A stretch of 62,366 nt of DNA from IMG/VR virus record IMGVR_UViG_3300045988_033415, positions 1 to 62,366 of that record; one strand, given 5' to 3'. The notes beneath the pieces are model-generated. The model saw nothing but the letters and a program-made list of their open reading frames with translations. It did no database searches and was not told where the DNA came from. The position numbers were made by a program, and so were the translations under genes. This document shows positions 52,767-62,322 of the stretch, one piece after another (position 1 is the first letter of the stretch; each line of letters begins with the position of its first letter). The DNA comes from a virus.

Positions 52767-53182
52767 TGGCAAGCGAAAATTCATGGGCTTATGACATTGA
52801 GACTACAATATATTCCATTGTCAAGAGTAAGACGTATTCGGCAATTCAGAAGAAATACCATAATCTGCTGTTCACTGACAAGGGGCAAAGTGATAGCTCA
52901 CCAGTATTTCCGACGGTGTACATTCACATGTTAGCACCGACCGAACAGGGACGGACGATTGATGGACAATCAATTAACGGCTTGCTTGTGACGGCACAAG
53001 TTGATGTGACAACGAATACTAGCGGTTCAGATGCACGTTGGGTTATGGCTAAAGTTGCCGAAGCGTTCAAGGAATTGCGATTTGAGGCTAAGCCGATGCC
53101 TGAGCTTACTTATTCAGACAAAATATATAGAAGCACCGCACGTTTTAGGCGTGTTATCGGTGCAAATGACAGATTGTTGTAA
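52766..53182 (+). CDS. Tail terminator-like protein
   Basis: Position before major tail protein. Confidence 0.4.
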   Translation: MASENSWAYDIETTIYSIVKSKTYSAIQKKYHNLLFTDKGQSDSSPVFPTVYIHMLAPTEQGRTIDGQSINGLLVTAQVDVTTNTSGSDARWVMAKVAEAFKELRFEAKPMPELTYSDKIYRSTARFRRVIGANDRLL

Positions 53183-53185
53183 TTA

Positions 53186-53206
53186 AGAGCCGAAAAGCTC
53201 TTTTTT
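53186..53206 (+). terminator. Short hairpin AGAGC-cgaaaa-GCTCT + T6
   Basis: Read directly. Confidence 0.55.
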
Positions 53207-53231
53207 ATTTTAAGACAGGAGGATTAAACAG

Positions 53232-53720
53232 ATGGCTATTACATCTTATTTATCGCGTGTGATTTACAAGAAGCACACAGGGAACCTTAAAAACGTAGAT
53301 TTTGCGGGAACATATAACTTACTTCTTGCTGCAAAGTCTATTCCGTCACCAACATCGGCTCCAAACATGGTTGAGAGCACTACAACCGAAGACGATACTC
53401 AGACATACGAAATGGGTATTAAGCAGACAGATTCTAAGGAGTTCACAGGTAATCTTGACAAGGATGATTTTGACAGACTTCTCGAAGTGGAAGGTCAGAA
53501 GTGCTGCATTATTCAGCTTTACGGCACAGATGGAATTGGCGGTACTGCTAAGTCGGCTTATGTTGGTCAGATTACACCGACAGTTAACGATATTGGCGGT
53601 GCGGATGAAATTGTTGAAATGACAGCCACAGTGGCGCAGAACACAGCCCCTAAGTGGGTAACAGATGATTTGACCGTTGTTGATAACGGCAATGGTACTT
53701 TTACAGTAGCCACAGTTTGA
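53232..53720 (+). CDS. Major tail protein
   Basis: Position upstream of chaperone pair and TMP; strong RBS AGGAGGA. Confidence 0.6.
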   Translation: MAITSYLSRVIYKKHTGNLKNVDFAGTYNLLLAAKSIPSPTSAPNMVESTTTEDDTQTYEMGIKQTDSKEFTGNLDKDDFDRLLEVEGQKCCIIQLYGTDGIGGTAKSAYVGQITPTVNDIGGADEIVEMTATVAQNTAPKWVTDDLTVVDNGNGTFTVATV

Positions 53721-53801
53721 TAGCTGGTAATTTTGACAGGCAAGGGCGGTCTACGGACTGCCCCTTTTCCTATGACAAGCATAGGAGAAAAGGAGAGCAT
53801 A

Positions 53802-54254
53802 ATGATAACATTTGATATTGATAACAAGGAATATAAGTTAGAGTTTGGCTTTGACGCGGCAGAGAACAAAGACATTGTTCAGAAGATGTTCGATTACATG
53901 ACAGGAGCGTATATCTACAAGGAGACTGGAAACACGATTACTGCAACATCTAACGGTGCGGCTAAGATGGTGGCTGATTACAGCGAAGTATGTCAGTTGG
54001 CTTTTTATGCCGGATGTTTACAGCACAATTCGGTTACAAGAGCAGAAGCTAAGACTTTGACTAGAGCATATATCACACAGAAGAGAAAGGCTGATAGCAA
54101 GTACGGTTACTATCAGTTGTTTGAGGATATTAAGATTGCTATGGCAGACGATGGTTTTTTCGAGCTGAGCGGCTTGGCGCAGACGGTAGAGGAGATGAAC
54201 AAGTCGGCGGCGGAACAGTTGGAGAAGATGCAGAAAGAAAAGTCAAAGAAGTAA
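53802..54254 (+). CDS. Tail assembly chaperone (gpG-like)
   Basis: Position; RBS AGGAGA before ATG 53802. Confidence 0.7.
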   Translation: MITFDIDNKEYKLEFGFDAAENKDIVQKMFDYMTGAYIYKETGNTITATSNGAAKMVADYSEVCQLAFYAGCLQHNSVTRAEAKTLTRAYITQKRKADSKYGYYQLFEDIKIAMADDGFFELSGLAQTVEEMNKSAAEQLEKMQKEKSKK

Positions 54255-54634
54255 ACTTCCACAAGCTGATATGGGAAGAATACTTTCCACTTGCTTTTTC
54301 AATCGGAATCAGTCTTGAACAGTTTAAAAAGCTTACGCCTAAGACACTCGGATACTGCCTTAAAGGCGAAGAGTTGCGGCGTAAAGAGTATGATAGTGAG
54401 ATGTGGTCTTGGTGGGGAAATTATGGTATATCAGCAGTTACATGTGCACTTGACCACTGCTTGAATGGCAAGAAAGCAAAAACAAAATACATTAAAAAAC
54501 CTTTATTGCAAGGCAAGTCAAAGCCAAAAGACAGTTTTACCGAAGCGGACATTCAAAAAGCAATTCTAATTGAACAGCAATATATGAATAGGGCAAAACA
54601 ACGCGGATTGCCCGAGACAATATTAAAAAAGTAG
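54237..54634 (+). CDS. gpT-like extension expressed as gpGT by -1 frameshift (A_AAG motifs at 54239-54242 and 54245-54248)
   Basis: The -1 frame is open from before the gpG stop to 54634 with no own ATG/RBS (track start is TTG 54374). Confidence 0.65.
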
Positions 54635-54685
54635 GCGGTACGGAGTAATCCGTGCGGCTTTTATTTTGAGCAGGGAGGTGAGAGT

Positions 54686-55963
54686 GTGGCAGAGATAGAC
54701 AGCTTGGAGATACAACTTCAAGCGAACGCTCAAAAGGCAAACACGGCAATAGACAGCCTTATAACTAAGCTTAGCAGCCTTGCAACATCGCTTGGACGTG
54801 TTAACGGTTCAGAACTTAATACGTTGTCAATGAATGTCACTAACCTAAGCGCATCCATGAGAGCCATTAACGATGTAGGTACGGCAAGCTTCTCAAGACT
54901 TGCTAAAAACATCGGAAAAATAGCAAGCGTTGACAGTTCGGCGCTTAATGCAGTTGCAAGCTCACTTAATTCCACAGCAAGCGCATTTAATCAGTTTACA
55001 GCGGTGTCTGAGAACGCAGCACAGATTGGTGAAGTCGCTAAGAACATAGCAAAGCTTGGCAACAAGAGTGTTCAAACCTCAATTACGAATATGCCGCAGT
55101 TGGCAACCTCGCTCACGAACTTACTCACAACGCTTGCGAGCGCACCAACAGTAAGTAATAACGTCATTCAGATGACCAATGCACTGGCGAATTTAGCCAG
55201 TCAAGGTTCAAGGGTAGGTTCTGCTTCACGGACAATCCAAAGAAGCCTAAATGGGGTTCACAGAAGCGCACAGACGGCAACTAAGAGCACATGGTCACTG
55301 GCTAAGGCTTTCGGTAAATTTTACGCGTCATACTTTATGGTTGTGCGCGGAGCTAAGAGTTTGTGGAAATCCATTGAAAGCACCACGGATTACATCGAGG
55401 CATTTAACTATTATGCGGTTGCATTTGGCAAGATTGGTTCCGAATGGGGCAAGGATTTTGAAAAGTTCGGCTATGACAATGCTACCGATTATGCGAACAG
55501 CTTTTCGGATAGAGTAAGTGCGTTGCTTGGTAAGCTTTCAGGATTACAGGTTGATGTTGAGGGTGGATTGCTCGCGGCAGACGGCGCAAAGAACTTGGGC
55601 TTGAATATCCAAGAGGTTACGGAGTTTGCGTCACAGCTTGCTTCGGTGACTAATTCACTCGGACAGACAGGAGAGACAACCACGGCAGTAGCAAAGTCAA
55701 TGACAATGCTTGCAGGCGATATAAGCTCTCTTTTCAACATAGACTATACATCCGTAGCCACCAACATTCAAAGTGGCTTAATCGGTCAATCAAGGGCATT
55801 GTACAAGTATGGTATTGATATTACCAATGCTACATTGCAGACATACGCTTACAACTTAGGTGTTGAGAAATCCATAAGTGAAATGACGCAGATGGAAAAG
55901 CAGCAGTTAAGAGTACTTGCTATACTTGACCAGTCTAAGGTGTCATGGGGTGATTTAGCTAAT
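54686..55963 (+). CDS. Tape measure protein, exon 1 (426 codons, ends ...VSWGDLAN)
   Basis: GTG start after GGGAGGTG; track ORF then runs 16 non-conserved codons to TAA 56009-56011. Confidence 0.7.
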
Positions 55964-56302
55964 AAACGGAAGAAAGTTTATAAATTAACTTATCTTCCAA
56001 GTGTTGCATAAGAATAGAAATATCTTATGGCAATCGGGCAATATCGGTGAAGGCTAAGGCTTTAGGCTATGCTAATACCGAGGTAACTCAATAGATTGCG
56101 AGCAGGCTATTGAGTATCGTAACGAGTAGGAAGTGAATAAATATAATCTTCCCAAGAGTGTCCGACACTACTGCATGTAGGGCAGTATGAGGTGGAAGTG
56201 GCTACCACCAAACCAAACGTAATACGTGGGTGATAATGTACTCTGAACTTATAGGAAACTATAAGAAGTATAGGATAAAGAGCCTATACGATAACATAAT
56301 TG
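55964..56302 (+). ncRNA. Candidate ORF-less group I intron (339 nt) inside the tape measure gene
   Basis: Follows a U, ends in G. Helices: 55968-73/55993-98; 56087-94/56107-14; 56191-95/56205-09; 56249-54/56259-64 with GAAA loop; 56268-74/56283-89. Removal restores frame. Confidence 0.6.
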
Positions 56303-59300
56303 ACAATCAATTCCCCAAGTAACATGATTAGGCAATTCAACACAAACGTCAAAGAGACAGGCATGGTATTAGGGCAGATTTTTATACCCGTTCTTCAAAA
56401 GGTTATGCCTGTTGTCAATGGTACAACAATCGCAATTAAACGTATGCTTGTGGGCATTGCAAGCCTTATGGGTGTTAAGATTGATTTTGATGCTTTCGGG
56501 CAGAACGGTTATAAGGATACCTCTGACGGATTAGAGGATATAGCAAATGGCTATGACGATGTGGCAGATGCGGCTAAAAACGCACAAAAGGGTGTTCGTG
56601 GATTTGACGAACTTGAAAATAGAACCACAGGAACAAGTAAAAGCGGTGCTTCCACTGGCACAGGTGACACAATCGACCTCACAGACGAGATTGTCAAGGC
56701 TACGGAAGAATATGAAAAAGTATGGAACGATGCTTTTGACAAGATGGAAAATAAAGCTGAGGCATGGGCGGATAAAATAGTCAAGGCTCTATTTCCTGTT
56801 AAAAGTATTTTTAAAAATTTTGTTGCAGGAGATTTCTTTGCGGCAGGGCAAGATACATCATCACTTGTCAGCGGCTTATTTAACTGGGTTGCCGGCGCAA
56901 TAGACGATGTTCCTTGGTTTACAATCGGCAGGAATGTAGGAAAATACCTTGCCGGACTTGATTGGACGGAGATATTAAAATCGGCGGCTAAGGTTTTATG
57001 GGAAGGCTTCAAGGGTGCATTGGAGTTTTATGCCGGAATGTTCACAGCGGCACCGCTGGAAACAGTTGTTGTATCATTCATGGCTATGCCGGGATTGCTT
57101 AAAGCTATCACAGCAAGTAAGTTCGTGACGGGCGTTAAGAAACTTTGGTCAAATTTCAAGGCTTTTGGAACGGTTGTTAATAATACAGCCCTTGCGCTTT
57201 CGGGCGATGCGGCAGCAACAGCCACACTTGCTACTATGTTTCCTAATCTTTCGTCCAAGGTAACAGCGGTCAAAACAGCGTTCACGAATTTAGCAACTTC
57301 CATTCAAAACAAAGGCTTATGGAGAGGTATTAATGACAGCATAACATCGCTGAGGAACAAGCTCACAGGCTTTCAGAAAGGACTTATTGGCGTTGCGTCA
57401 ACAGCAATAGAGTTCACGGTGCTCAAAGATGCGTTCAATGACCTCACTGTTGGTAGTGACAATATGCTATTGTCCATTGGCAAGATTGCTGGAGTTAGTG
57501 CGGCGGCAGCTGGTGCCATGTATCTTGCTTTCGGACCGGCAGGCATCGCAATAGCAGGAATAACAGGCGTGGTTGCGGCTATAAGCGGAATTAAAAAAGG
57601 CTTAGATGAAGTAGAACAAAGCTCGATGATTTCAGCACTTTCTATAGAGGGAGGAGCTACGCTTGAAGAGTTTAACCAAAAAGCAACCAGCACATTTGAT
57701 AATGTAAAAGAAAAAGCAGAAGAAACAACTCAAAAAATATCTGAAATTGACACTGTAAAAAGCAATATTGCCGATACTGTTGAAAGCATTGGAACAATAT
57801 ATACAGCCGTTGAAAGTGGAGCTAAGAATGCCGAAGATGAAATACCAAGATTTAAGTCTGCGTTCGAGCAACTTAAAACCGACACCGAAAGTGTTTTAAA
57901 ACAGGAATACGATGTAATTGTTGGATATATACTTGGAGCGGTTTCAGATACGACAGAAGCACTTGGAGGTGAAACACCGAAAGCCGTAGCAAATGCTTTA
58001 GGCGAATTATACGGCGTTCAAGAAGGCATGTTAAATTCTTTAGCTGATACAAGAGAAGAATACGATAGACTTATGACTGCCTTAGATAACGGTGAAATTT
58101 CAATGAATGAGTTTATCGAAAAAGCTACTCCTCTTGCAGAAAAACTATCATTAACCGGTACAGAAGCAGAAACTGCCGTTGACAAGATTGCTTCTTATGG
58201 TAAAGCACTTGATTTATCGCAATATATTTCTGACAATAAATTTGATGTAGAAAGTTTTACGACCGATATAAATGCAGTGGCTCAATCGGCGCAAGATGGG
58301 GTTGACGCAGTAAAAACCGCAAATGAAAATTTCAACAAAACATTTGATGAATGGAAAGCAAACGCTGAAAAACAAGGTCAAGAAATTAGCGAAAAATCCC
58401 AAAACATAATTGATAGTTATATCGGCAAAGACCTAGACAAAAATCTTCAACAAATAAACGATGCTTATACAGAATATGCAAATGCTGTTCAATATGGTTT
58501 GCTTGAACAATTACCATCTGTAATTGAAAAAGCAACTGAGGGATACGAAAATTTAAACTGGTTTTCTAAAGCGTTTACAACAGAAACAGGATATGTTAAT
58601 AAAGTCATTGGCAAATGGCAAAATGATGTGTTAAATCCAACAAGCAAAGCAATCCAAGAAGGATTTAATCAGCTTGGTATTGAAGCTACACCTTTTGCCG
58701 GAGAAGCGGCTAAAAAGATTTATGGCGAACTATTTGATGAAAAATATATAGGATTTGGAGAAGTACCGGTTTATGTTCTTAAAAGCAACTACGAAAGTAT
58801 AATAAGCGATGCTACGGCAAATTTACCGAATTATGTAAATACAAAAATGCAAAATGTAGGAGAGTCAAGCGTTACTGGCTATGTTGGCGGTGTAAATAGC
58901 AATTCTCAACAGCTTATTAAGCCAGTAGCCGGACTTGCCAACTTATCCCTTAGTACTTTTATGGAGGCTCAAGGTTCGCAAGGTGATAAACCGTCATCGG
59001 GTTTTAATAGTATTGGTCAAAATTCTATATTAGGGTATATGGAAGGCATTAAAGCGCTTACTTTAGCAGTGACAGATAAAATGAAAAAACTTGGAGGAAT
59101 GGCAAGTACTGCTTTTGCTGATAAAGTAACTGTTGGTATGCCAAGTGTAGGTGTCCAAGTAATGAACGGATTTATGAACGGCTTATCGTCTATGGAAACC
59201 ACACTATACTCTAAGGTTGATGAGATAGCGGCTAATGTGGCTACAACGATGCAGAAAGCACTTGACATCCATTCACCATCAAGGGTGATGTTTGAGCTTG

Positions 59301-59665
59301 GTGCCTACACCACAGAGGGCTTCAAAGATGGCATGGAGAGCCTTTATGAGGCAACGCAGTTGTCGGCAAAGGATTTTGGCTTTGGTGTTGTTGAAGCTGT
59401 ACACCCACAGCAGTTGTACAGTGGTTATGCCGATTACACGCCGAGCGTAAGCACATCGACAAGTACCACCACACAGAACTATTACAATACAAGTTCGAGT
59501 GTGGACAATGCCGAGACAAACGCACTACTGAGAGAGCAGAACGAGTTATTGCAACGCATACTTGCCAAGGAATACGGCATAAGCAAAAGCGATATAGGCA
59601 AAGCTTCAAGAGAGTATGCGAGAGACTTTTTTAAGCGGACAGGGCGTGACGCTTACACATTTTAA
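56303..59665 (+). CDS. Tape measure protein, exon 2 (starts TINSPSNMIRQF...)
   Basis: No ATG/GTG and no Shine-Dalgarno at the 5' end of this 1121-codon frame; long helical/TM-rich TMP-like sequence. Confidence 0.7.
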   Translation, partial: TINSPSNMIRQFNTNVKETGMVLGQIFIPVLQKVMPVVNGTTIAIKRMLVGIASLMGVKIDFDAFGQNGYKDTSDGLEDIANGYDDVADAAKNAQKGVRGFDELENRTTGTSKSGASTGTGDTIDLTDEIVKATEEYEKVWNDAFDKMENKAEAWADKIVKALFPVKSIFKNFVAGDFFAAGQDTSSLVSGLFNWVAGAIDDVPWFTIGRNVGKYLAGLDWTEILKSAAKVLWEGFKGALEFYAGMFTAAPLETVVVSFMAMPGLLKAITASKFVTGVKKLWSNFKAFGTVVNNTALALSGDAAATATLATMFPNLSSKVTAVKTAFTNLATSIQNKGLWRGINDSITSLRNKLTGFQKGLIGVASTAIEFTVLKDAFNDLTVGSDNMLLSIGKIAGVSAAAAGAMYLAFGPAGIAIAGITGVVAAISGIKKGLDEVEQSSMISALSIEGGATLEEFNQKATSTFDNVKEKAEETTQKISEIDTVKSNIADTVESIGTIYTAVESGAKNAEDEIPRFKSAFEQLKTDTESVLKQEYDVIVGYILGAVSDTTEALGGETPKAVANALGELYGVQEGMLNSLADTREEYDRLMTALDNGEISMNEFIEKATPLAEKLSLTGTEAETAVDKIASYGKALDLSQYISDNKFDVESFTTDINAVAQSAQDGVDAVKTANENFNKTFDEWKANAEKQGQEISEKSQNIIDSYIGKDLDKNLQQINDAYTEYANAVQYGLLEQLPSVIEKATEGYENLNWFSKAFTTETGYVNKVIGKWQNDVLNPTSKAIQEGFNQLGIEATPFAGEAAKKIYGELFDEKYIGFGEVPVYVLKSNYESIISDATANLPNYVNTKMQNVGESSVTGYVGGVNSNSQQLIKPVAGLANLSLSTFMEAQGSQGDKPSSGFNSIGQNSILGYMEGIKALTLAVTDKMKKLGGMASTAFADKVTVGMPSVGVQVMNGFMNGLSSMETTLYSKVDEIAANVATTMQKALDIHSPSRVMFELGAYTTEGFKDGMESLYEATQLSAKDFGFGVVEAVHPQQLYSGYADYTPSVSTSTSTTTQNYYNTSSSVDNAETNALLREQNELLQRILAKEYGISKSDIGKASREYARDFFKRTGRDAYTF

Positions 59666-59679
59666 AATTGCGTAACTCA

Positions 59680-59876
59680 TTGAAAATTATGCAATTATAA
59701 TGTATAATGAAGTCACAATTTAATTTGTAACATTATAACGAAAGCATTAAAGAATACCAGTCGGCGGGCTGGCGGCAGAGTTGGTGTTACGAACAGTAAG
59801 AGGATGCAGGCAGAGTGAGCTTGAAGTAATTCCCTCAGCAGATACATTGTAGAAGTGTACCTGTTGAGGGTTTTTT
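59680..59876 (+). promoter_or_regulatory. Promoter TTGAAA(59680)-17-TGtTATAAT(59703-59708), ~125-nt GC-rich leader, then terminator CCCTCAGCAG...CTGTTGAGGG + T6 (59832-59876), upstream of Rha gene
   Basis: Read directly; no ORF in leader. Confidence 0.6.
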
Positions 59877-59908
59877 ATTACAAATCATCAACAGAAAGGA
59901 ATGATATT

Positions 59909-60559
59909 ATGTTAGTAGAAACAAGAAAAATCGCAAAAAGTAAGGAAACAATAGTTGTTAGCAGCCTTGATGTAGCGGAGACATTTGAGAAAGAGCACAA
60001 GCGAGTGTTGCAAGATATACGAGAGCTTGCTTGCAGTGAAGAGTTTAGACAGCACAATTTCGTGCAGTCGGAATATCTGAATCAGCAGAATCATAAGCAA
60101 CCTATGTATTACATCACAAGAGACGGATTTGTCTTGCTTGCCATGGGCTATACTGGCGAAAAAGCCATGAAGTTCAAAGAGGCATACATCAACCAGTTTA
60201 ACGCTATGCAAGAGCTTCTTACAGGAAAACTGATTGAGCGCGAAAAGGGCATTGCAGTAAGGCAGTCACTTACTAAGGCTATCCAGCAGTCAAATGAGAA
60301 TGAGCGTATGCACGGACACGCTTATTCTACATATACCGACATTATTTACAAAGTGATATTCGGCAAAACAGCAAAGCAGTTAAGGGAAGAATACGGCATT
60401 GACAAAAAGGCTAATTTAAGAGACTGTTTTACGGCTGAGGAGCTTGCGAAAGTTCAGTCCATAGAAATGATTGTCAGCGGTCTTGTAAACTGCGGTTGGG
60501 GTTATGACGATATAAAAAGTTTTATCGCTAATCCGACAAAAAAATTTCTTGTCGCATAA
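59909..60559 (+). CDS. Rha-family phage regulatory protein (second copy)
   Basis: SSLDVAETFEKEHKRVLQDIRE...PMYYITRDGFVLLAMGYTGEKAMKFKEAYINQFNAMQ. Confidence 0.85.
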   Translation: MLVETRKIAKSKETIVVSSLDVAETFEKEHKRVLQDIRELACSEEFRQHNFVQSEYLNQQNHKQPMYYITRDGFVLLAMGYTGEKAMKFKEAYINQFNAMQELLTGKLIEREKGIAVRQSLTKAIQQSNENERMHGHAYSTYTDIIYKVIFGKTAKQLREEYGIDKKANLRDCFTAEELAKVQSIEMIVSGLVNCGWGYDDIKSFIANPTKKFLVA

Positions 60560-60560
60560 G

Positions 60561-60589
60561 TTGACATACCTCTTATATCGTGTAATAAT
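60561..60589 (+). promoter_or_regulatory. Promoter TTGACA(60561)-16/17-TGTAATAAT; shares TAATGAAGTCAC with the 59703 promoter
   Basis: Read directly. Confidence 0.6.
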
Positions 60590-60622
60590 GAAGTCACTAC
60601 ATTATATGGGAGGTATTGTTAT

Positions 60623-60871
60623 ATGGAAGAAAAAGCCACTAAAACCGACAATCAAAGCAAAAGCAGTGAGGATATCAAAATAAATGTAATATCCATACTG
60701 CTTGGTTTAGCTTTTTTGTTAGGTGTATTTTTAGCTTTAACTGGCAGATTTATGATTTTATTGTGGATAATAGGCATTTTTTTAAGCCTGTTTTGCTTAT
60801 TTTTAGGCATAAGACTGTGCTTTGATGTCCATGCAATCAGAAAGCACTTTGACAGCAAGGAGGGCAGATAA
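60623..60871 (+). CDS. Small two-TM membrane protein
   Basis: ORF track; ISILLGLAFLLGVFLALTGRFMILLWIIGIFLSLFCLFLGI. Confidence 0.7.
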   Translation: MEEKATKTDNQSKSSEDIKINVISILLGLAFLLGVFLALTGRFMILLWIIGIFLSLFCLFLGIRLCFDVHAIRKHFDSKEGR

Positions 60872-60873
60872 TT

Positions 60874-62322
60874 ATGAAAGCGCTTAAAGCTGGAGTGGTT
60901 GTTCTATCTGTCACTTTAATGGTTTGCGGTTGCAATAGTCCTCAGGATAATGCAGAGACAACTATACCGGCAGAAACAACTACAGAACTACTAACGGAAA
61001 AAGCTTCTGAAAATGTTCCTAAAACAGTAAATGAGACAACTACGGAAAGTAAAAACATTGAAACCGAAAGTAAGGCAGGAGAATACATAGACGGATTTGA
61101 AGTAGCTGATTATGATAAATTTAATTCTTATGCGTCAGAAAATGGGCTTGACGGAACTTATGTGTATATTGAAGGTAAAGTTTTAAATCAAACAAAGTTA
61201 GCCGACACGGAATTCCCGATTATTTCATTAACTGTCGAGCAGGAAGATGGCAACAGATGGAGCGTAGCGTTTGTATCTGAAGAAAAATTGGATATTTCAG
61301 AAAAAAATGTAAGAGCATTTGGCATGTATGCCGGGTATTCTGATGTAGTAAATCTGCCTGTCATAAATATATTAACTGAAGATTTAGATAAAATAGATAA
61401 AGTAAGGATTGAAGCACTAGAAAATGAAAAATGGATAAATATTTATACTTATGCCGACTACCTGAAAACTCAACCTATTGTCGGTAAACTTTATGACGGC
61501 GAATTGACGACAAGGACAATACAAGATATTTGTTTTGATATCCCAATAGTGTTTCAAGATGAAGTAAGTCAAGAAGGAGATTGGACATATTTTTATTATG
61601 AGGATATAATGCTTGCAATTAATAGCAGAGTTGATGTTGATGGTATAAGTGATAGTTTTATTGAAAATAGTGATGAGTTTGTAGACGGAATGTTAAAAGC
61701 TGCTACGGATTCTATGCTTATAGAAAAAAATAATATACAGATAAACACAGGTGATGCTATAAAAGTTAAGATGGAATATACAATAGATGGTGAAAGGTAT
61801 CTTTGCGATTCTCTTAATTTTATGTATAATGGCTATTATTACAGTTTTGGACTTTTAAGAAGTGTTTATACGCCGTATGACTATTCAGAAGATTTCACAG
61901 ATCTTACTAAATCGATAAGGGCTAATAGTGTTTTGGCAGATAAAGAAGAACAAACAAAGCAATCAACTAATGAAAACATAGTTTATGAGGATGAATACAT
62001 AAGAGTGGAATATAACGGTGTTGAAAAAACGAGATATAGCGATGGCAGCTATGATATAATCGTCACAGTAGAGAACTTGACAGACCAAAGTATGACAGTG
62101 CAAGCAAGAGAAATGTCTATAAATGGTTACATGGTTGACCCAATTTATTCTTGTGACATTGCGGCTGGAAAGAAGTCTAAGGAGGGAATGAGGATAAGTT
62201 CCGACAACGCAAAGGATTGTCCAATATCTGATATTGAAAATATTGAGACAAGATTTATTTGTTATGGTTCTGGATTTAATTCACTAGAAAAGACAGAACC
62301 TATTGTGTTATATCAGAAATAA
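60874..62322 (+). CDS. Secreted lipoprotein (482 aa), candidate superinfection-exclusion/surface protein
   Basis: Signal peptide + lipobox VLSVTLMVCGC; Thr/Glu-rich linker. Confidence 0.75.
   Translation: MKALKAGVVVLSVTLMVCGCNSPQDNAETTIPAETTTELLTEKASENVPKTVNETTTESKNIETESKAGEYIDGFEVADYDKFNSYASENGLDGTYVYIEGKVLNQTKLADTEFPIISLTVEQEDGNRWSVAFVSEEKLDISEKNVRAFGMYAGYSDVVNLPVINILTEDLDKIDKVRIEALENEKWINIYTYADYLKTQPIVGKLYDGELTTRTIQDICFDIPIVFQDEVSQEGDWTYFYYEDIMLAINSRVDVDGISDSFIENSDEFVDGMLKAATDSMLIEKNNIQINTGDAIKVKMEYTIDGERYLCDSLNFMYNGYYYSFGLLRSVYTPYDYSEDFTDLTKSIRANSVLADKEEQTKQSTNENIVYEDEYIRVEYNGVEKTRYSDGSYDIIVTVENLTDQSMTVQAREMSINGYMVDPIYSCDIAAGKKSKEGMRISSDNAKDCPISDIENIETRFICYGSGFNSLEKTEPIVLYQK

Noticed and set aside
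54637-54667. Hairpin GGTACGGA-gtaa-TCCGTGCC with a T-rich tail between the gpT stop and the TMP start.
   Set aside because: The stem is imperfect, and a full terminator here would block TMP expression. It may be an attenuator or mRNA-stability element, but the support is too weak to call.
54686-59665. Alternative reading: the tape measure function is encoded as two independent proteins, or is joined by translational bypassing.
   Set aside because: The second frame lacks any start codon or Shine-Dalgarno. 339 nt is far longer than known bypass gaps. The junction restores a conserved TMP block. Splicing is the simpler explanation, but it remains unproven.
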